DNA of 64,000 bases from an uncultured Anaerolinea sp. (GTDB taxonomy: Bacteria > Chloroflexota > Anaerolineae > Anaerolineales > Anaerolineaceae), in the NCBI GenBank assembly GCA_964453115.1, contig CAYVRT010000012.1, forward strand, positions 33,264 to 97,263, read 5' to 3'. Below the pieces are notes generated by a model. It searched no databases. It was not told the origin of the DNA and saw only the letters and a program-made list of their open reading frames with translations. This document shows, piece after piece, positions 29,852 through 39,066 of the stretch. The translations under genes were made by a program, and so were the position numbers. How positions within the stretch are numbered: position 1 is the stretch's first letter; each line of letters starts with the position of its first letter.

Positions 29852-30979
29852 GTGGACGAGCGAGCCTATTGGGTGGGGTTCAATCGCGTTCGCGGGATTG
29901 GTGCTGTGCGGGTGCGCGCCTTGCTGGACTTTTTTGGCAGCCTGGAGATGGCCTGGCAGGCAACACCAATTGCATTGCGCAGTGCTGGGTTGCCCGAAAA
30001 AGTGGTCGAGGCGGTGCTGGAAAAGCGGCGTGTGTTGACCTTGGAGCAGGAATTGGAACAAATCCAAGAATCTGGGATTGGCTTGCTCACCTGGCTGGAT
30101 GATGGCTATCCGCGCCGTTTGAAAGAGATTGCACAACCGCCGCCGGTGATCTATGTGCGCGGTGAATTGCTGGATGAAGATGATTGGGCCGCTGCCATTG
30201 TTGGCACACGGCGTGTGACGGCTTATGGTCGGCAGGTAACGGCAGATGTTGCCACCTACCTGGGGGCGCACACCGTCACGGTGGTCAGTGGGTTGGCACG
30301 TGGCGTGGATGCAATTGCACATGATGCGGTCTTGAAGGCGGGCGGACGGACGATTGCCGTGTTGGGCAGTGGGGTAGACCGCATTTATCCGCCGGAGCAC
30401 GAGCGGCTTGCGGCCCGAATTGCGGAGGCAGGGGCCGTGATTAGCGATTATGCGCCCGGTACGCCACCCGATTCGGTCAATTTTCCGCCACGTAACCGCA
30501 TTATCTCCGGGCTGTCACGGGTGGTGGTGGTGATTGAGGCCGGGGATGATAGTGGGGCAATGATTACGGCCGCTTTTGCTGCGGATCAGGGCCGGGATGT
30601 GCTTGCGGTGCCGGGTGGCATTTACGCGCCACAGAGCAAAGGCACCAACTTGTTGATTCAGCGCGGGGCGCGTCCATTGCTGCGCCCTGAGGATGTGTTG
30701 GATGCGATGGATATTCACCCCCAACAAATGCAGCAACAACGTTCGGCACGGCGATCCTTGCCGGCCAATGAAGTGGAGGCGCAATTGTTGCGCGTCTTGA
30801 GCAGCGAACCGCTGCACATTGATGAGATTGGACTTCAGTCTGGGCTACCGATGGACCAGGTTTCGGCGACGCTGACGATGATGGAGCTAAAAGGTCTGGC
30901 GCGCGCGGTTGGCGGCATGCAATATATTCTTGCTCGTGAAGCAGCGGGCGATTATCAGGTGAAAAACAATGAAGCATGA
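29852..30979 (+). CDS. dprA: DNA-processing protein DprA
   Basis: SGLARGVDAIAHDAVLKAGGRTIAVLGSGVDRIYPPEH and a C-terminal winged-helix-like region. I chose the GTG at 29852, just after the rimM stop (29841-29843). The tracked ORF from 29738 overlaps rimM, so the start is uncertain. Confidence 0.8.
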   Translation: MDERAYWVGFNRVRGIGAVRVRALLDFFGSLEMAWQATPIALRSAGLPEKVVEAVLEKRRVLTLEQELEQIQESGIGLLTWLDDGYPRRLKEIAQPPPVIYVRGELLDEDDWAAAIVGTRRVTAYGRQVTADVATYLGAHTVTVVSGLARGVDAIAHDAVLKAGGRTIAVLGSGVDRIYPPEHERLAARIAEAGAVISDYAPGTPPDSVNFPPRNRIISGLSRVVVVIEAGDDSGAMITAAFAADQGRDVLAVPGGIYAPQSKGTNLLIQRGARPLLRPEDVLDAMDIHPQQMQQQRSARRSLPANEVEAQLLRVLSSEPLHIDEIGLQSGLPMDQVSATLTMMELKGLARAVGGMQYILAREAAGDYQVKNNEA

Positions 30980-32063
30980 TTCTTACTATGCAGTGATTAT
31001 GGCTGGTGGCGGCGGTGTGCGGCTTTGGCCGCTCTCGCGGCAGCAGCATCCCAAGCAGATGATTCAATTATGGGGCGAGCGTTCGTTGTTTGAACTGGCA
31101 GTGCAGCGCCTGGAAGGGGTCTTTGATCCCGAACAGATTCTGGTTGTGACGGTGGCAGAGCAAGCGGTGCAATTGCAGGCGCTTTGTCCGCAAATTCCGG
31201 CCCAGAATTATATTTTGGAGCCGCTTGGGCGCGGCACGGCGCCGGTTGTTGGTCTCGCGGCGGCAGTGCTGCACAAGCGCGACCCGCAGGCGGTGATGGC
31301 AGTCCTGACCGCCGATCATTTTATTGAGAATGTGGCTGGCTTCAGGCAATTGTTGTCTGCCGGCTATGAGGCGGCACAGGCCAATTACCTGGTGACGCTT
31401 GGCATTCAGCCCTCATTTGCAGCAACTGGCTATGGTTACATACAGCGCGGCGCGGCATTGGGGCAATTTGGGGGTGTGGCAGCTTTTGAGGTGCAACGCT
31501 TCAAAGAGAAGCCGGACTTGCAAACTGCTCAGCAATTGTTGGCGCAGGGCGATCATGACTGGAATTCGGGCATGTTCTTCTGGCGGGTGGAACGTATCTG
31601 GCAGGAGTTTGAGCAGCATATGCCGGGGCTGGCAAAGGTGTTGCGGCAGATTGAGGCTGCCTGGGCAACGGTTGAACAGGAAACTTGCTTGCAGCAATTG
31701 TGGCCCGAGATTGATGCAGTAATGATAGATTATGGTATTATGGAAAAGGCCAGTCGGGTGCTGGTTTTGCCGGCAGGGGCGCTGGGCTGGAACGATATGG
31801 GAAGTTGGGAATCGGCTTTTGAGGTTTTGCCAACAGATGAAAACGGAAATATCATTCTATGTGATCGTTTTCTGGGCCTTGACACGAATAATACCTTTGT
31901 TTATGGACGTGAACCGGGCCGGATGGTGGTTGGTGTGGGTTTGAAGGAGTTGATCATTGTGGATACGGCGGATGCAGTTTTGGTTTGTAACCGTCACGAT
32001 GCACAGAGTGTACGCAAGGTGGTGAACCTTTTGAAGGAAAAAGGGTATACCTGCTATCTTTAG
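30969..32063 (+). CDS. mannose-1-phosphate guanylyltransferase (nucleotidyltransferase family)
   Basis: YAVIMAGGGGVRLWPLSRQQHPKQM ... GYGYI ... DMGSW motifs. Confidence 0.8.
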   Translation: MKHDSYYAVIMAGGGGVRLWPLSRQQHPKQMIQLWGERSLFELAVQRLEGVFDPEQILVVTVAEQAVQLQALCPQIPAQNYILEPLGRGTAPVVGLAAAVLHKRDPQAVMAVLTADHFIENVAGFRQLLSAGYEAAQANYLVTLGIQPSFAATGYGYIQRGAALGQFGGVAAFEVQRFKEKPDLQTAQQLLAQGDHDWNSGMFFWRVERIWQEFEQHMPGLAKVLRQIEAAWATVEQETCLQQLWPEIDAVMIDYGIMEKASRVLVLPAGALGWNDMGSWESAFEVLPTDENGNIILCDRFLGLDTNNTFVYGREPGRMVVGVGLKELIIVDTADAVLVCNRHDAQSVRKVVNLLKEKGYTCYL

Positions 32064-32067
32064 GAGG

Positions 32068-34416
32068 ATGGTTTTGGAAGCTTATTGTTTCAAATGTAAG
32101 GCGAAACGAGAGATGCAAGACCCGCAGGCCGGGTATAACAAGGCTGGGGCAGCAATGACGAGCGGTAATTGCCCGGTGTGCAGTGGTAAGATTTTTCGCC
32201 TTGGGCGAACACCGGCGCACGAGGGGCTGGAGAAGCCAACTGTGGAACGTGCACCGCGCATGCCGGGTAAGAAGAAGTCGGGCCGGGGCGGCAAACTGGT
32301 GATTGTGGAATCGCCAGCCAAGGCGCGCACAGTGGGGCGTTTCTTGGGTAAGGAGTATACCGTGCGTGCCTCGGTGGGACATGTGCGCGATTTGTTGCGA
32401 TCTGAGCTTTCGGTAGATGTCGAGAATGGCTACCGCCCCAAATACCGCGTGCCGAATGAAAAACGGGCCGTGGTCAAGGAATTGAAGGCCCTGGCAGAAG
32501 AAGCGCAGGAAGTGTACCTGGCAACCGACCCGGACCGCGAGGGCGAGGCGATTGCCTGGCATTTGATGGAGGCAGTAGGCATTGCCCCTGAAAATTCGCA
32601 GCGTGTGGTGTTTCATGAAATTACACAACCGGCAATCGCTGAGGCTTTTGCGCATCCGCGCCAGGTGAACATGGACCTGGTTAATGCACAACAAGCGCGG
32701 CGCATTCTGGACCGGCTGGTGGGCTATAGCATTAGCCCATTGTTGTGGGAGAAGGTGCGCAGCCGCCTTTCGGCTGGTCGGGTGCAATCGGTGGCCTTGC
32801 GTATGGTGGTGGAGCGCGAACGCGAGATTGATACCTTTGTGCCAGAGGAATATTGGACGTTGGAGGCAGAACTGCGCGCCCAGGGTCACCGACAAACCTA
32901 TGTGGCGCGGTTGGTGCGGGTGGATGAGGAAGATGCTGCACTGAAGAACGAGGCACAGGTGCAGGCGCTGCTCGCTGACCTGGAGGGTGGGCAGTTTGTG
33001 ATTGAACGCCTCAAGCGCAGCGAGCGACGGCGCAAACCGCAGGCCCCCTTCATCACCAGCACAATGCAGCAAGAGGCCTCAACCAAGTTGGGCTTTACGG
33101 CGCGCCGGACGATGATGGTGGCGCAGCAACTGTATGAAGGTTTGGAGGTTGGCGAAGGCGGAGCAACGGGTTTAATTACGTATATGCGCACTGATTCGAC
33201 GAATGTCTCGGAACTGGCGCAGAATGAGGCCCGGCAGATGATTTTAGAGCGCTATGGCAAGGACTATTTGCCGCCGACGGCGCCGCAATATCGCACGCGG
33301 GCAGCCTCGGCGCAGGAGGCACACGAGGCCATTCGCCCGACCTCGGTTCAGCGGTTGCCGGAACAGGTCAAGCCCTTCCTGACGGCAGAACAATTTAAGC
33401 TCTACCAACTGGTATGGCAGCGATTCTTAGCCTCACAGATGGAAGCGGCTGTTTTTGATGTTTTGACGGTGGAAATTGGGACGCGCACCAACCAGCATCA
33501 ATATTTGTGGCGCGCTTCGGGCTCGACGCTGCGTTTTGCAGGCTTTTTGGTGGTGTATGTGGAAGGGCGGGATGAGGATAAGCGGACGGAGGAAGATGAT
33601 GAAGTTCGCATTCCGCCAGGGTTGGAAGAAGGACAGCCCCAGCATTTGCAGCGCCTGATTCCAGAACAGCATTTTACCCAGCCGCCGCCGCGTTACTCGG
33701 AGGCCTCGCTGGTGCAGGTGTTGGAAGAAAACGGGGTTGGACGACCTTCGACTTATGCGCCAATCCTTTCGACAATTCAGGAACGCGGTTATGTGGTGCG
33801 TGAGGCGCGGCGTTTGCTGCCAACCGAGACGGGGGTGCTGGTCAATGATTTGATGGTGCGATACTTTCCGGATGTGGTCAACCTGGGCTTTACGGCCAAC
33901 ATGGAGGCAGACCTGGACCAGGTTGCCGAGGGGGAGCGTGCCTGGGTGGATGTCATTGATGCGTTCTATGGCTCGTTTGCGCCTACTTTGCAGCGGGCCC
34001 AGCAGGAGATTCCGGTCACGAAGGCTGAATTGGAAAAGGTGGGGCGTACCTGTCCAGGCTGTGGGCGCGAACTGGTCTTTCGCTGGGGGCGGTATGGAAA
34101 GTTTATTTCTTGCAGTGGATTTCCGGAATGTCGGCACACTGAGCCTTTCTTACAGACGATTGGTGTGACCTGCCCGGATTGTGGCGGAGAAGTGGTTGAG
34201 CGAAAAACGCGCAAGGGACGAGTTTTTTATGGGTGTGCGAACTATCCAACCTGTAATTTTACCAGTTGGAAGCGACCGGTTGCTAAACCTTGTCCCAAGT
34301 GTGGGGGGATGCTGGTGGTTGCCAATAAACGTGAGCTGCAATGTCTACGCTGTGAGGAGACATTTTTGAGTGAGCAAGTGCTGGATGCCGAAGAAATGGG
34401 CAAAGAACGTGCCTGA
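32068..34416 (+). CDS. topA: DNA topoisomerase I with extra N-terminal zinc ribbon
   Basis: TOPRIM LVIVESPAKA and the catalytic region YMRTDS. Three C-terminal CxxC...C..C zinc ribbons. An additional N-terminal CFKC...CPVC ribbon precedes TOPRIM. Confidence 0.95.
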   Translation: MVLEAYCFKCKAKREMQDPQAGYNKAGAAMTSGNCPVCSGKIFRLGRTPAHEGLEKPTVERAPRMPGKKKSGRGGKLVIVESPAKARTVGRFLGKEYTVRASVGHVRDLLRSELSVDVENGYRPKYRVPNEKRAVVKELKALAEEAQEVYLATDPDREGEAIAWHLMEAVGIAPENSQRVVFHEITQPAIAEAFAHPRQVNMDLVNAQQARRILDRLVGYSISPLLWEKVRSRLSAGRVQSVALRMVVEREREIDTFVPEEYWTLEAELRAQGHRQTYVARLVRVDEEDAALKNEAQVQALLADLEGGQFVIERLKRSERRRKPQAPFITSTMQQEASTKLGFTARRTMMVAQQLYEGLEVGEGGATGLITYMRTDSTNVSELAQNEARQMILERYGKDYLPPTAPQYRTRAASAQEAHEAIRPTSVQRLPEQVKPFLTAEQFKLYQLVWQRFLASQMEAAVFDVLTVEIGTRTNQHQYLWRASGSTLRFAGFLVVYVEGRDEDKRTEEDDEVRIPPGLEEGQPQHLQRLIPEQHFTQPPPRYSEASLVQVLEENGVGRPSTYAPILSTIQERGYVVREARRLLPTETGVLVNDLMVRYFPDVVNLGFTANMEADLDQVAEGERAWVDVIDAFYGSFAPTLQRAQQEIPVTKAELEKVGRTCPGCGRELVFRWGRYGKFISCSGFPECRHTEPFLQTIGVTCPDCGGEVVERKTRKGRVFYGCANYPTCNFTSWKRPVAKPCPKCGGMLVVANKRELQCLRCEETFLSEQVLDAEEMGKERA

Positions 34417-34440
34417 TGTGAAAAATTGATGAAAAAGAAG

Positions 34441-34470
34441 GCCCAAAATAGTTGCTTGTTTTTGGGTTTT
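34441..34470 (+). terminator. weak candidate terminator after topA
   Basis: CCCAAAA (34442-34448) pairs with TTTTGGG (34460-34466) around an 11-nt loop, followed by TTTT. The stem is AU-rich, so confidence is low. Confidence 0.35.
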
Positions 34471-34543
34471 GTTCTACAATTACAATACTTGATATTGTAC
34501 TTGTTGCAAAAGAGCGGCTCAACCTTCTAGAGGAGTGTAACGC

Positions 34544-35554
34544 ATGGAAAAGATCATGGAATATCTACGCAAACCGGCAATCGCCATTGGCCTGGGGGTC
34601 TTGCTGGGGTTGATTCTAGGCCTGGTGATTGGCTGGGGCATTTGGCCGGTGGAATATGTTAACCTGGAGCCTCAGCATTTGCGCGATGATTTGAAGCCCG
34701 ATTATCTATGCATGGTCATGCAATCGTATGCCAAGACGATGGATGTTGAGCGTGCCAAGCAGCGGTGGGCCTTGCTGGGTGAGGGCGCTCCGCAAGTTTT
34801 GGAGAAAATTTCGCCTGAGATATGCAGCCATGTGACGGCAGAAGATAAGATGGCCTTTGCGGCGATTGTGGGCGTGACCTTAACCCCGGTGCAGCCCGGA
34901 CAGGAAACTCCTGTTCCAACACCGGCGCCAGAAGAAGGTGGCATATCCTCCTTTGCAATTGTGGCGATCTTGTGCGTGACAACCCTGCTGGTTGGCGCGG
35001 CGCTGGTCTATTTCCTCCTGTTGCGCAAACGCGGCGGCAAGGGGAACACACCGCAATCACAGGCACTGGAAGCCAGCCGGACGGCAGTGATGACGGATTA
35101 CAGCAAGCAGGAACATGAGCCGCCCGTTTCTCAATTTATGACGACCTATGTCGGCGGGGATGATCTGTATGATGACTCGTTCAGCGTTGAGACACAAACT
35201 GGTGAATTCCTGGGCGAATGTGGTGTTGGCATTTCAGAGACGATTGGCGTTGGCGACCCAAAGAAGGTGACGGCATTTGAGGTGTGGCTGTTTGATAAGA
35301 ACGACATTCAGACCGTTACCAAGGTGCTGATGAGCGCCAATGCCTACAATGACCCGGCGCTGCGCGCTCGTCTGGCCTCGAAGGGGGAGGCCGTCCTGGT
35401 TGAGCCGGGCAAGCACGTATTGATGGAAACCCAAACCCTTCAATTGCAGGCACGCGTTGTGGATATGTCTTACGGTCAGGGTGCGTTGCCAAACAGCAGT
35501 TTCTTCGAGCGCATGACGCTTGAACTGGCAATTTGGCAAAAACCCAAGGCCTGA
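34544..35554 (+). CDS. hypothetical two-TM membrane protein
   Basis: 336 aa. AGGAG RBS 8 nt upstream. TM1 IAIGLGVLLGLILGLVIGWGIW, TM2 FAIVAILCVTTLLVGAALVYFLLL. The C-terminal ~150-aa soluble domain has no motif I recognise. Confidence 0.6.
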   Translation: MEKIMEYLRKPAIAIGLGVLLGLILGLVIGWGIWPVEYVNLEPQHLRDDLKPDYLCMVMQSYAKTMDVERAKQRWALLGEGAPQVLEKISPEICSHVTAEDKMAFAAIVGVTLTPVQPGQETPVPTPAPEEGGISSFAIVAILCVTTLLVGAALVYFLLLRKRGGKGNTPQSQALEASRTAVMTDYSKQEHEPPVSQFMTTYVGGDDLYDDSFSVETQTGEFLGECGVGISETIGVGDPKKVTAFEVWLFDKNDIQTVTKVLMSANAYNDPALRARLASKGEAVLVEPGKHVLMETQTLQLQARVVDMSYGQGALPNSSFFERMTLELAIWQKPKA

Positions 35555-35569
35555 AATTGAGCTTGATGC

Positions 35570-35604
35570 AAAAAAAGACCCGGTTTTGTGCCGGGTCTTT
35601 TTTT
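35570..35604. terminator. bidirectional rho-independent terminator
   Basis: A7 - GACCCGG - TTTTGTG - CCGGGTC - T7. It sits exactly between the convergent genes ending at 35554 (+) and 35615 (-). Confidence 0.85.
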
Positions 35605-35614
35605 GCAGGATGGG

Positions 35615-36082
35615 CTATTCAATTTTGAGGATTTTAAATTGAATTTTCCCGTTGGGGGTTTCGGCAATAACCAGATCGCCAACGCGCTTGCCAAGCAGGG
35701 CGCGGCCAATGGGTGATTCGTGAGAGATACGCCCTTTGCGCGGGTCTGCCTCTTTGGGGCCAACAAGTTGGAAGACTTCAGGTTCGAAATCATCTTCCTG
35801 AATGGTGACATGTGCGCCAACGTTGACAACTTCGCGGTTGGTTTGTTGTTCATCAATCAGGGTGTAATTGCCGAGGATTTGTTCCAATTCCTGAATGCGG
35901 CCTTCCAAAAAGCCTTGTTCCTCTTTGGCGGAGATATAATCGGCGTTTTCAGAGAGATCGCCTTGTTGAATGGCAAACCGTAGGCGCTGGGCAAGCTGTT
36001 CGCGAGCAGGGCCCTTCAAGTTTTGAAGCTCTTGCTGAAGGTTGGCAAGGCCTTCGGCGGTGAGGTAGTGTGTTTCTGACAT
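35615..36082 (-). CDS. greA: transcription elongation factor GreA
   Basis: 155 aa with the LTAEGLANLQQELQNLK coiled coil, ENADYISAKEEQ, and a C-terminal FKBP-like domain. Confidence 0.95.
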   Translation of the reverse strand: MSETHYLTAEGLANLQQELQNLKGPAREQLAQRLRFAIQQGDLSENADYISAKEEQGFLEGRIQELEQILGNYTLIDEQQTNREVVNVGAHVTIQEDDFEPEVFQLVGPKEADPRKGRISHESPIGRALLGKRVGDLVIAETPNGKIQFKILKIE

Positions 36083-36151
36083 GCTGAAAAACCTTTCTCA
36101 ATAAGATAGCGGGGCTTCATCCTACCACTTGAGACCGGAAACCGTCAAGGT

Positions 36152-37303
36152 CTAGGGCAGGATGGCCGGGTCAAAGAGGCGTTGATGTTCATCAATGGCA
36201 TAGCGATCGGTCATGCCGGCCAGGTAATCGCACAGGGTGCGTTCCAGGCCGTTTTCAGCAATACCCGCCTGCACGTGATAAGGCAGGATATTGGGTTCGG
36301 CGCGATAGGCGTTGAATAGATCGCTGAGAATGCGCTCGGCTTTGACCGCCATGCGTACGACGCGGGGGTGACGATAGAGGTTGTTGAACAGAAAATCTTT
36401 GAGTTGTCGGTTGCGACTGACCATGGTTTGACTAAACCCAACAACATTGAAAGCCAGGGTCTGAATTTGTTCTACAGAGCGGAGCGTGTTTTCGTTCAGC
36501 CGGCCATCGGTGGCCTCAATCAGGTCGTTGACTTCCATGCCAATTAATTCTCGGATGATGCAATGCCTTTCCAGGTCGCTCAGACGCCCACCGCTCCAGC
36601 CAATGCGTCGGGTGGCAATTTGCCACAGGTCAATGCTGGTGAGCATATCGGTGTTAATCATGCCGGAGCGCAGGCCGTCATCCAGGTCATGGGCGGTGTA
36701 GGCCAGTTCATCGGCGACATTGGCAATTTGGGCTTCCAGGTGGCCGCGCAACTCGGGGTTGAAATCTTTGGCATCGGTGCGGTCGTATTCGGTTTCATGT
36801 TTGACCATGCCTTCGAGCGTTTCCCAGCTCAGGTTGAGGCCGGGGAAGGCATCGTAGCGGCGTTCCAGACGGGTGACAATGCGCAGAGATTGCTTATTGT
36901 GTTCAAAGCCGCCGGAATCGCGCATCAGGCGTGCCAGGGCTGCTTCGCCGGAGTGTCCAAAGGCTGGATGACCGAGGTCATGCGCCAGGCAAATGGCTTC
37001 TGTCAGGTCGGGGTTGCCGCCCAGAGCAATTGCCAGGCTGCGGCCAATTTGGGCAACTTCCAGCGTGTGGGTCAGTCGGGTGCGGTAGTAATCGCCTTCG
37101 TAATTGATGAAGACTTGGGTTTTGTATTCCAGGCGGCGGAAGGCGGTCGTGTGCAGGATGCGGTCGCGATCGCGCTGATAGCAGGTGCGGTAATCGGCCT
37201 CTGCTTCTGGATAGAGCCGACCGTGCGTGTTCTTGCTGCGAATGGCATAGGGTGCCAGGGCCTGATCTTCGTTTTGTTCGAGTTGGGTGCGGTTGTAGCG
37301 CAT
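36152..37303 (-). CDS. dgt: dGTP triphosphohydrolase-like HD-domain protein
   Basis: RDRDRILHTTAFRRLEYKTQVF, TRLTHTLEVAQIGR and HDLGHPAFGH motifs. Confidence 0.9.
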   Translation of the reverse strand: MRYNRTQLEQNEDQALAPYAIRSKNTHGRLYPEAEADYRTCYQRDRDRILHTTAFRRLEYKTQVFINYEGDYYRTRLTHTLEVAQIGRSLAIALGGNPDLTEAICLAHDLGHPAFGHSGEAALARLMRDSGGFEHNKQSLRIVTRLERRYDAFPGLNLSWETLEGMVKHETEYDRTDAKDFNPELRGHLEAQIANVADELAYTAHDLDDGLRSGMINTDMLTSIDLWQIATRRIGWSGGRLSDLERHCIIRELIGMEVNDLIEATDGRLNENTLRSVEQIQTLAFNVVGFSQTMVSRNRQLKDFLFNNLYRHPRVVRMAVKAERILSDLFNAYRAEPNILPYHVQAGIAENGLERTLCDYLAGMTDRYAIDEHQRLFDPAILP

Positions 37304-37322
37304 GGAAAACCTTCTCTTTCAA

Positions 37323-38123
37323 TTAGGAATGGGATAAAACACTGCCGGGGAGCGAACCCGTCAATGCCTGATGGAGCAGACCGGGTTGTAAGCCGGAGAA
37401 GATGGAAATTTGCAGTTGTGTAGGGCGGAGGAGCAGGGAAATCATGCGCTCGACTTTGGCCTCCATGCCGCCGGTGACATCGGTTGAGGCGGAACCGCGT
37501 AATTGTGAGCGCAGGTTGCCAAAACTTGGGGGGGTGATGGTTGGAACGAGTTGGGTGCAGGCGGGAAAGTCGGCCCAGACGCCGGGTTCAATGCCAGCCA
37601 GCAGGATGCGCTGCGGTTGTAGTTGAGGGGCAAGGTGGAAAAACAGGTCTTCGGTGGAGAGGATGGTGCCGCCGAGGATTTCATCAAATACAACATCGCC
37701 TTGCAGGACGGGCAGCAGGCCGCTTTGCAAGGCACGCTGAATGAGGGAGAGATCCCAGCGCAGCACGCTGCCGCGCTGGGCAAGGACGCAGGCCGAGGGT
37801 GGAAAGGCGAGGACGGGCAGGCCCGCCTGGCTGAGGGCTTCCAGGACGATTTGATTGAGCGTTCGGGCGGATTTCCAGACTTCGGCGAAACCCAGCCAGT
37901 TGGCGGAAGTTTGCACACCGGCTCGTGTGCCGTATTTTTTGGCGGCAACATGGCCGAAGGAGCCTGAGCCATGTCCAATCAGCAATTGGAAGTCGGGGCG
38001 CGCAGCCCGGGCAGCGGCTATTTCCTGTGCCAGGCGTGCCAGAACGCTGGGACGTGGGGTGTTGGGGGTATCCTTATCGGTGATGAGCGAGCCGCCGAGT
38101 TTGAGGAAGTATAAATCAGTCAT
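37323..38123 (-). CDS. isopentenyl phosphate kinase (amino-acid kinase fold)
   Basis: LKLGGSLITDKDTPNTPR and GHGSGSFGH motifs. Overlaps the mevalonate kinase gene by 8 nt. Confidence 0.8.
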   Translation of the reverse strand: MTDLYFLKLGGSLITDKDTPNTPRPSVLARLAQEIAAARAARPDFQLLIGHGSGSFGHVAAKKYGTRAGVQTSANWLGFAEVWKSARTLNQIVLEALSQAGLPVLAFPPSACVLAQRGSVLRWDLSLIQRALQSGLLPVLQGDVVFDEILGGTILSTEDLFFHLAPQLQPQRILLAGIEPGVWADFPACTQLVPTITPPSFGNLRSQLRGSASTDVTGGMEAKVERMISLLLRPTQLQISIFSGLQPGLLHQALTGSLPGSVLSHS

Positions 38124-39063
38124 GTGTCACCTCAACGGTGGTCATCAGGCAGCGGTGTGCGCCAGCCTGAATGAGGGCGCTGGCAATGGTTGCAGCTCGC
38201 TCGGCGGGTATCAGTGCAATTAGATTGCCACCCCTCCCCCCGCCAGAGAGCTTGGCGCCAAGTGCGCCTTCCTGCCGGGCAATGCTCACCAGCCGATCCA
38301 GTTCGGGGGATGAGACGGTCATTTTTTGCAGTAGAGCATGGTTTTCATCCATCAAAGGGCCTAGCCGATCAGGATTCCCTTGCTCAATGATCTGGCGAGC
38401 TGCATGGGTCAGGTCAGCAATGGCGTCAAACAGGGTCTCGAAGCGCTCCGGGTCTTGTTGCCAGGCAGAACGGACATCACCAACAACCAGGGCGGTGCTG
38501 CTTTGGATGCCACTATCGGCAATCAGCAGGGTGAATGGCTCGGCAACGTGCAGGGGCTGGAAAGGTTGGCCTTTGATGAAGTAGATGGGACGGGCAAAGG
38601 CAATGACGGTGTTATCTACACCAGAGGGATTGCCATGTTGCAGTTTTTCAACGGCATAGGCCAGCTCGGAGATGCGTGCGGCATTTAATGTTAGGCCAAG
38701 AAAACCAGCAACAGCGCGAATGAGGGCAATGGAGACGGCTGCGCTAGAGCCGAGACCAGCGGCGCGCGGGATGGTGGATGTGATGCGCAAATGCATGGCC
38801 GGTGGGCGGGCAATGCCAGCAGCGTTCAGTGTCAGCCGTACAGCCAGGGCAAGCGGAGAATCGTCTGGCAGGCGATCGAGTTCTTCTTCCAGGTCAATAT
38901 CGGGTGCGCTGAGCAAGGTTTGGGTTGCGCCGATGCGCGGGCTTGCAATGGCATGGGCGCTCACCTGTGTAACCGGGATTGCCAGAGCCGGTCGGGCATA
39001 AACAGCGGCGTGTTCGCCGAATAGAATGCTTTTTCCGGGGGCGTAGGCAGAGAAGGCAGGCAT
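38116..39063 (-). CDS. mvk: mevalonate kinase (GHMP kinase)
   Basis: APGKSILFGEHAAVYARPALA, GHMP motif IPRAAGLGSSAAV and KLSGGGRGG. Confidence 0.8.
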   Translation of the reverse strand: MPAFSAYAPGKSILFGEHAAVYARPALAIPVTQVSAHAIASPRIGATQTLLSAPDIDLEEELDRLPDDSPLALAVRLTLNAAGIARPPAMHLRITSTIPRAAGLGSSAAVSIALIRAVAGFLGLTLNAARISELAYAVEKLQHGNPSGVDNTVIAFARPIYFIKGQPFQPLHVAEPFTLLIADSGIQSSTALVVGDVRSAWQQDPERFETLFDAIADLTHAARQIIEQGNPDRLGPLMDENHALLQKMTVSSPELDRLVSIARQEGALGAKLSGGGRGGNLIALIPAERAATIASALIQAGAHRCLMTTVEVTHD

Positions 39064-39066
39064 GGT

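Noticed and set aside
31954-33072. 372-aa ORF antisense to topA
   Set aside because: It is a shadow ORF with a low-complexity Arg/His/Leu-rich translation. The plus strand carries the TopA TOPRIM and catalytic motifs.
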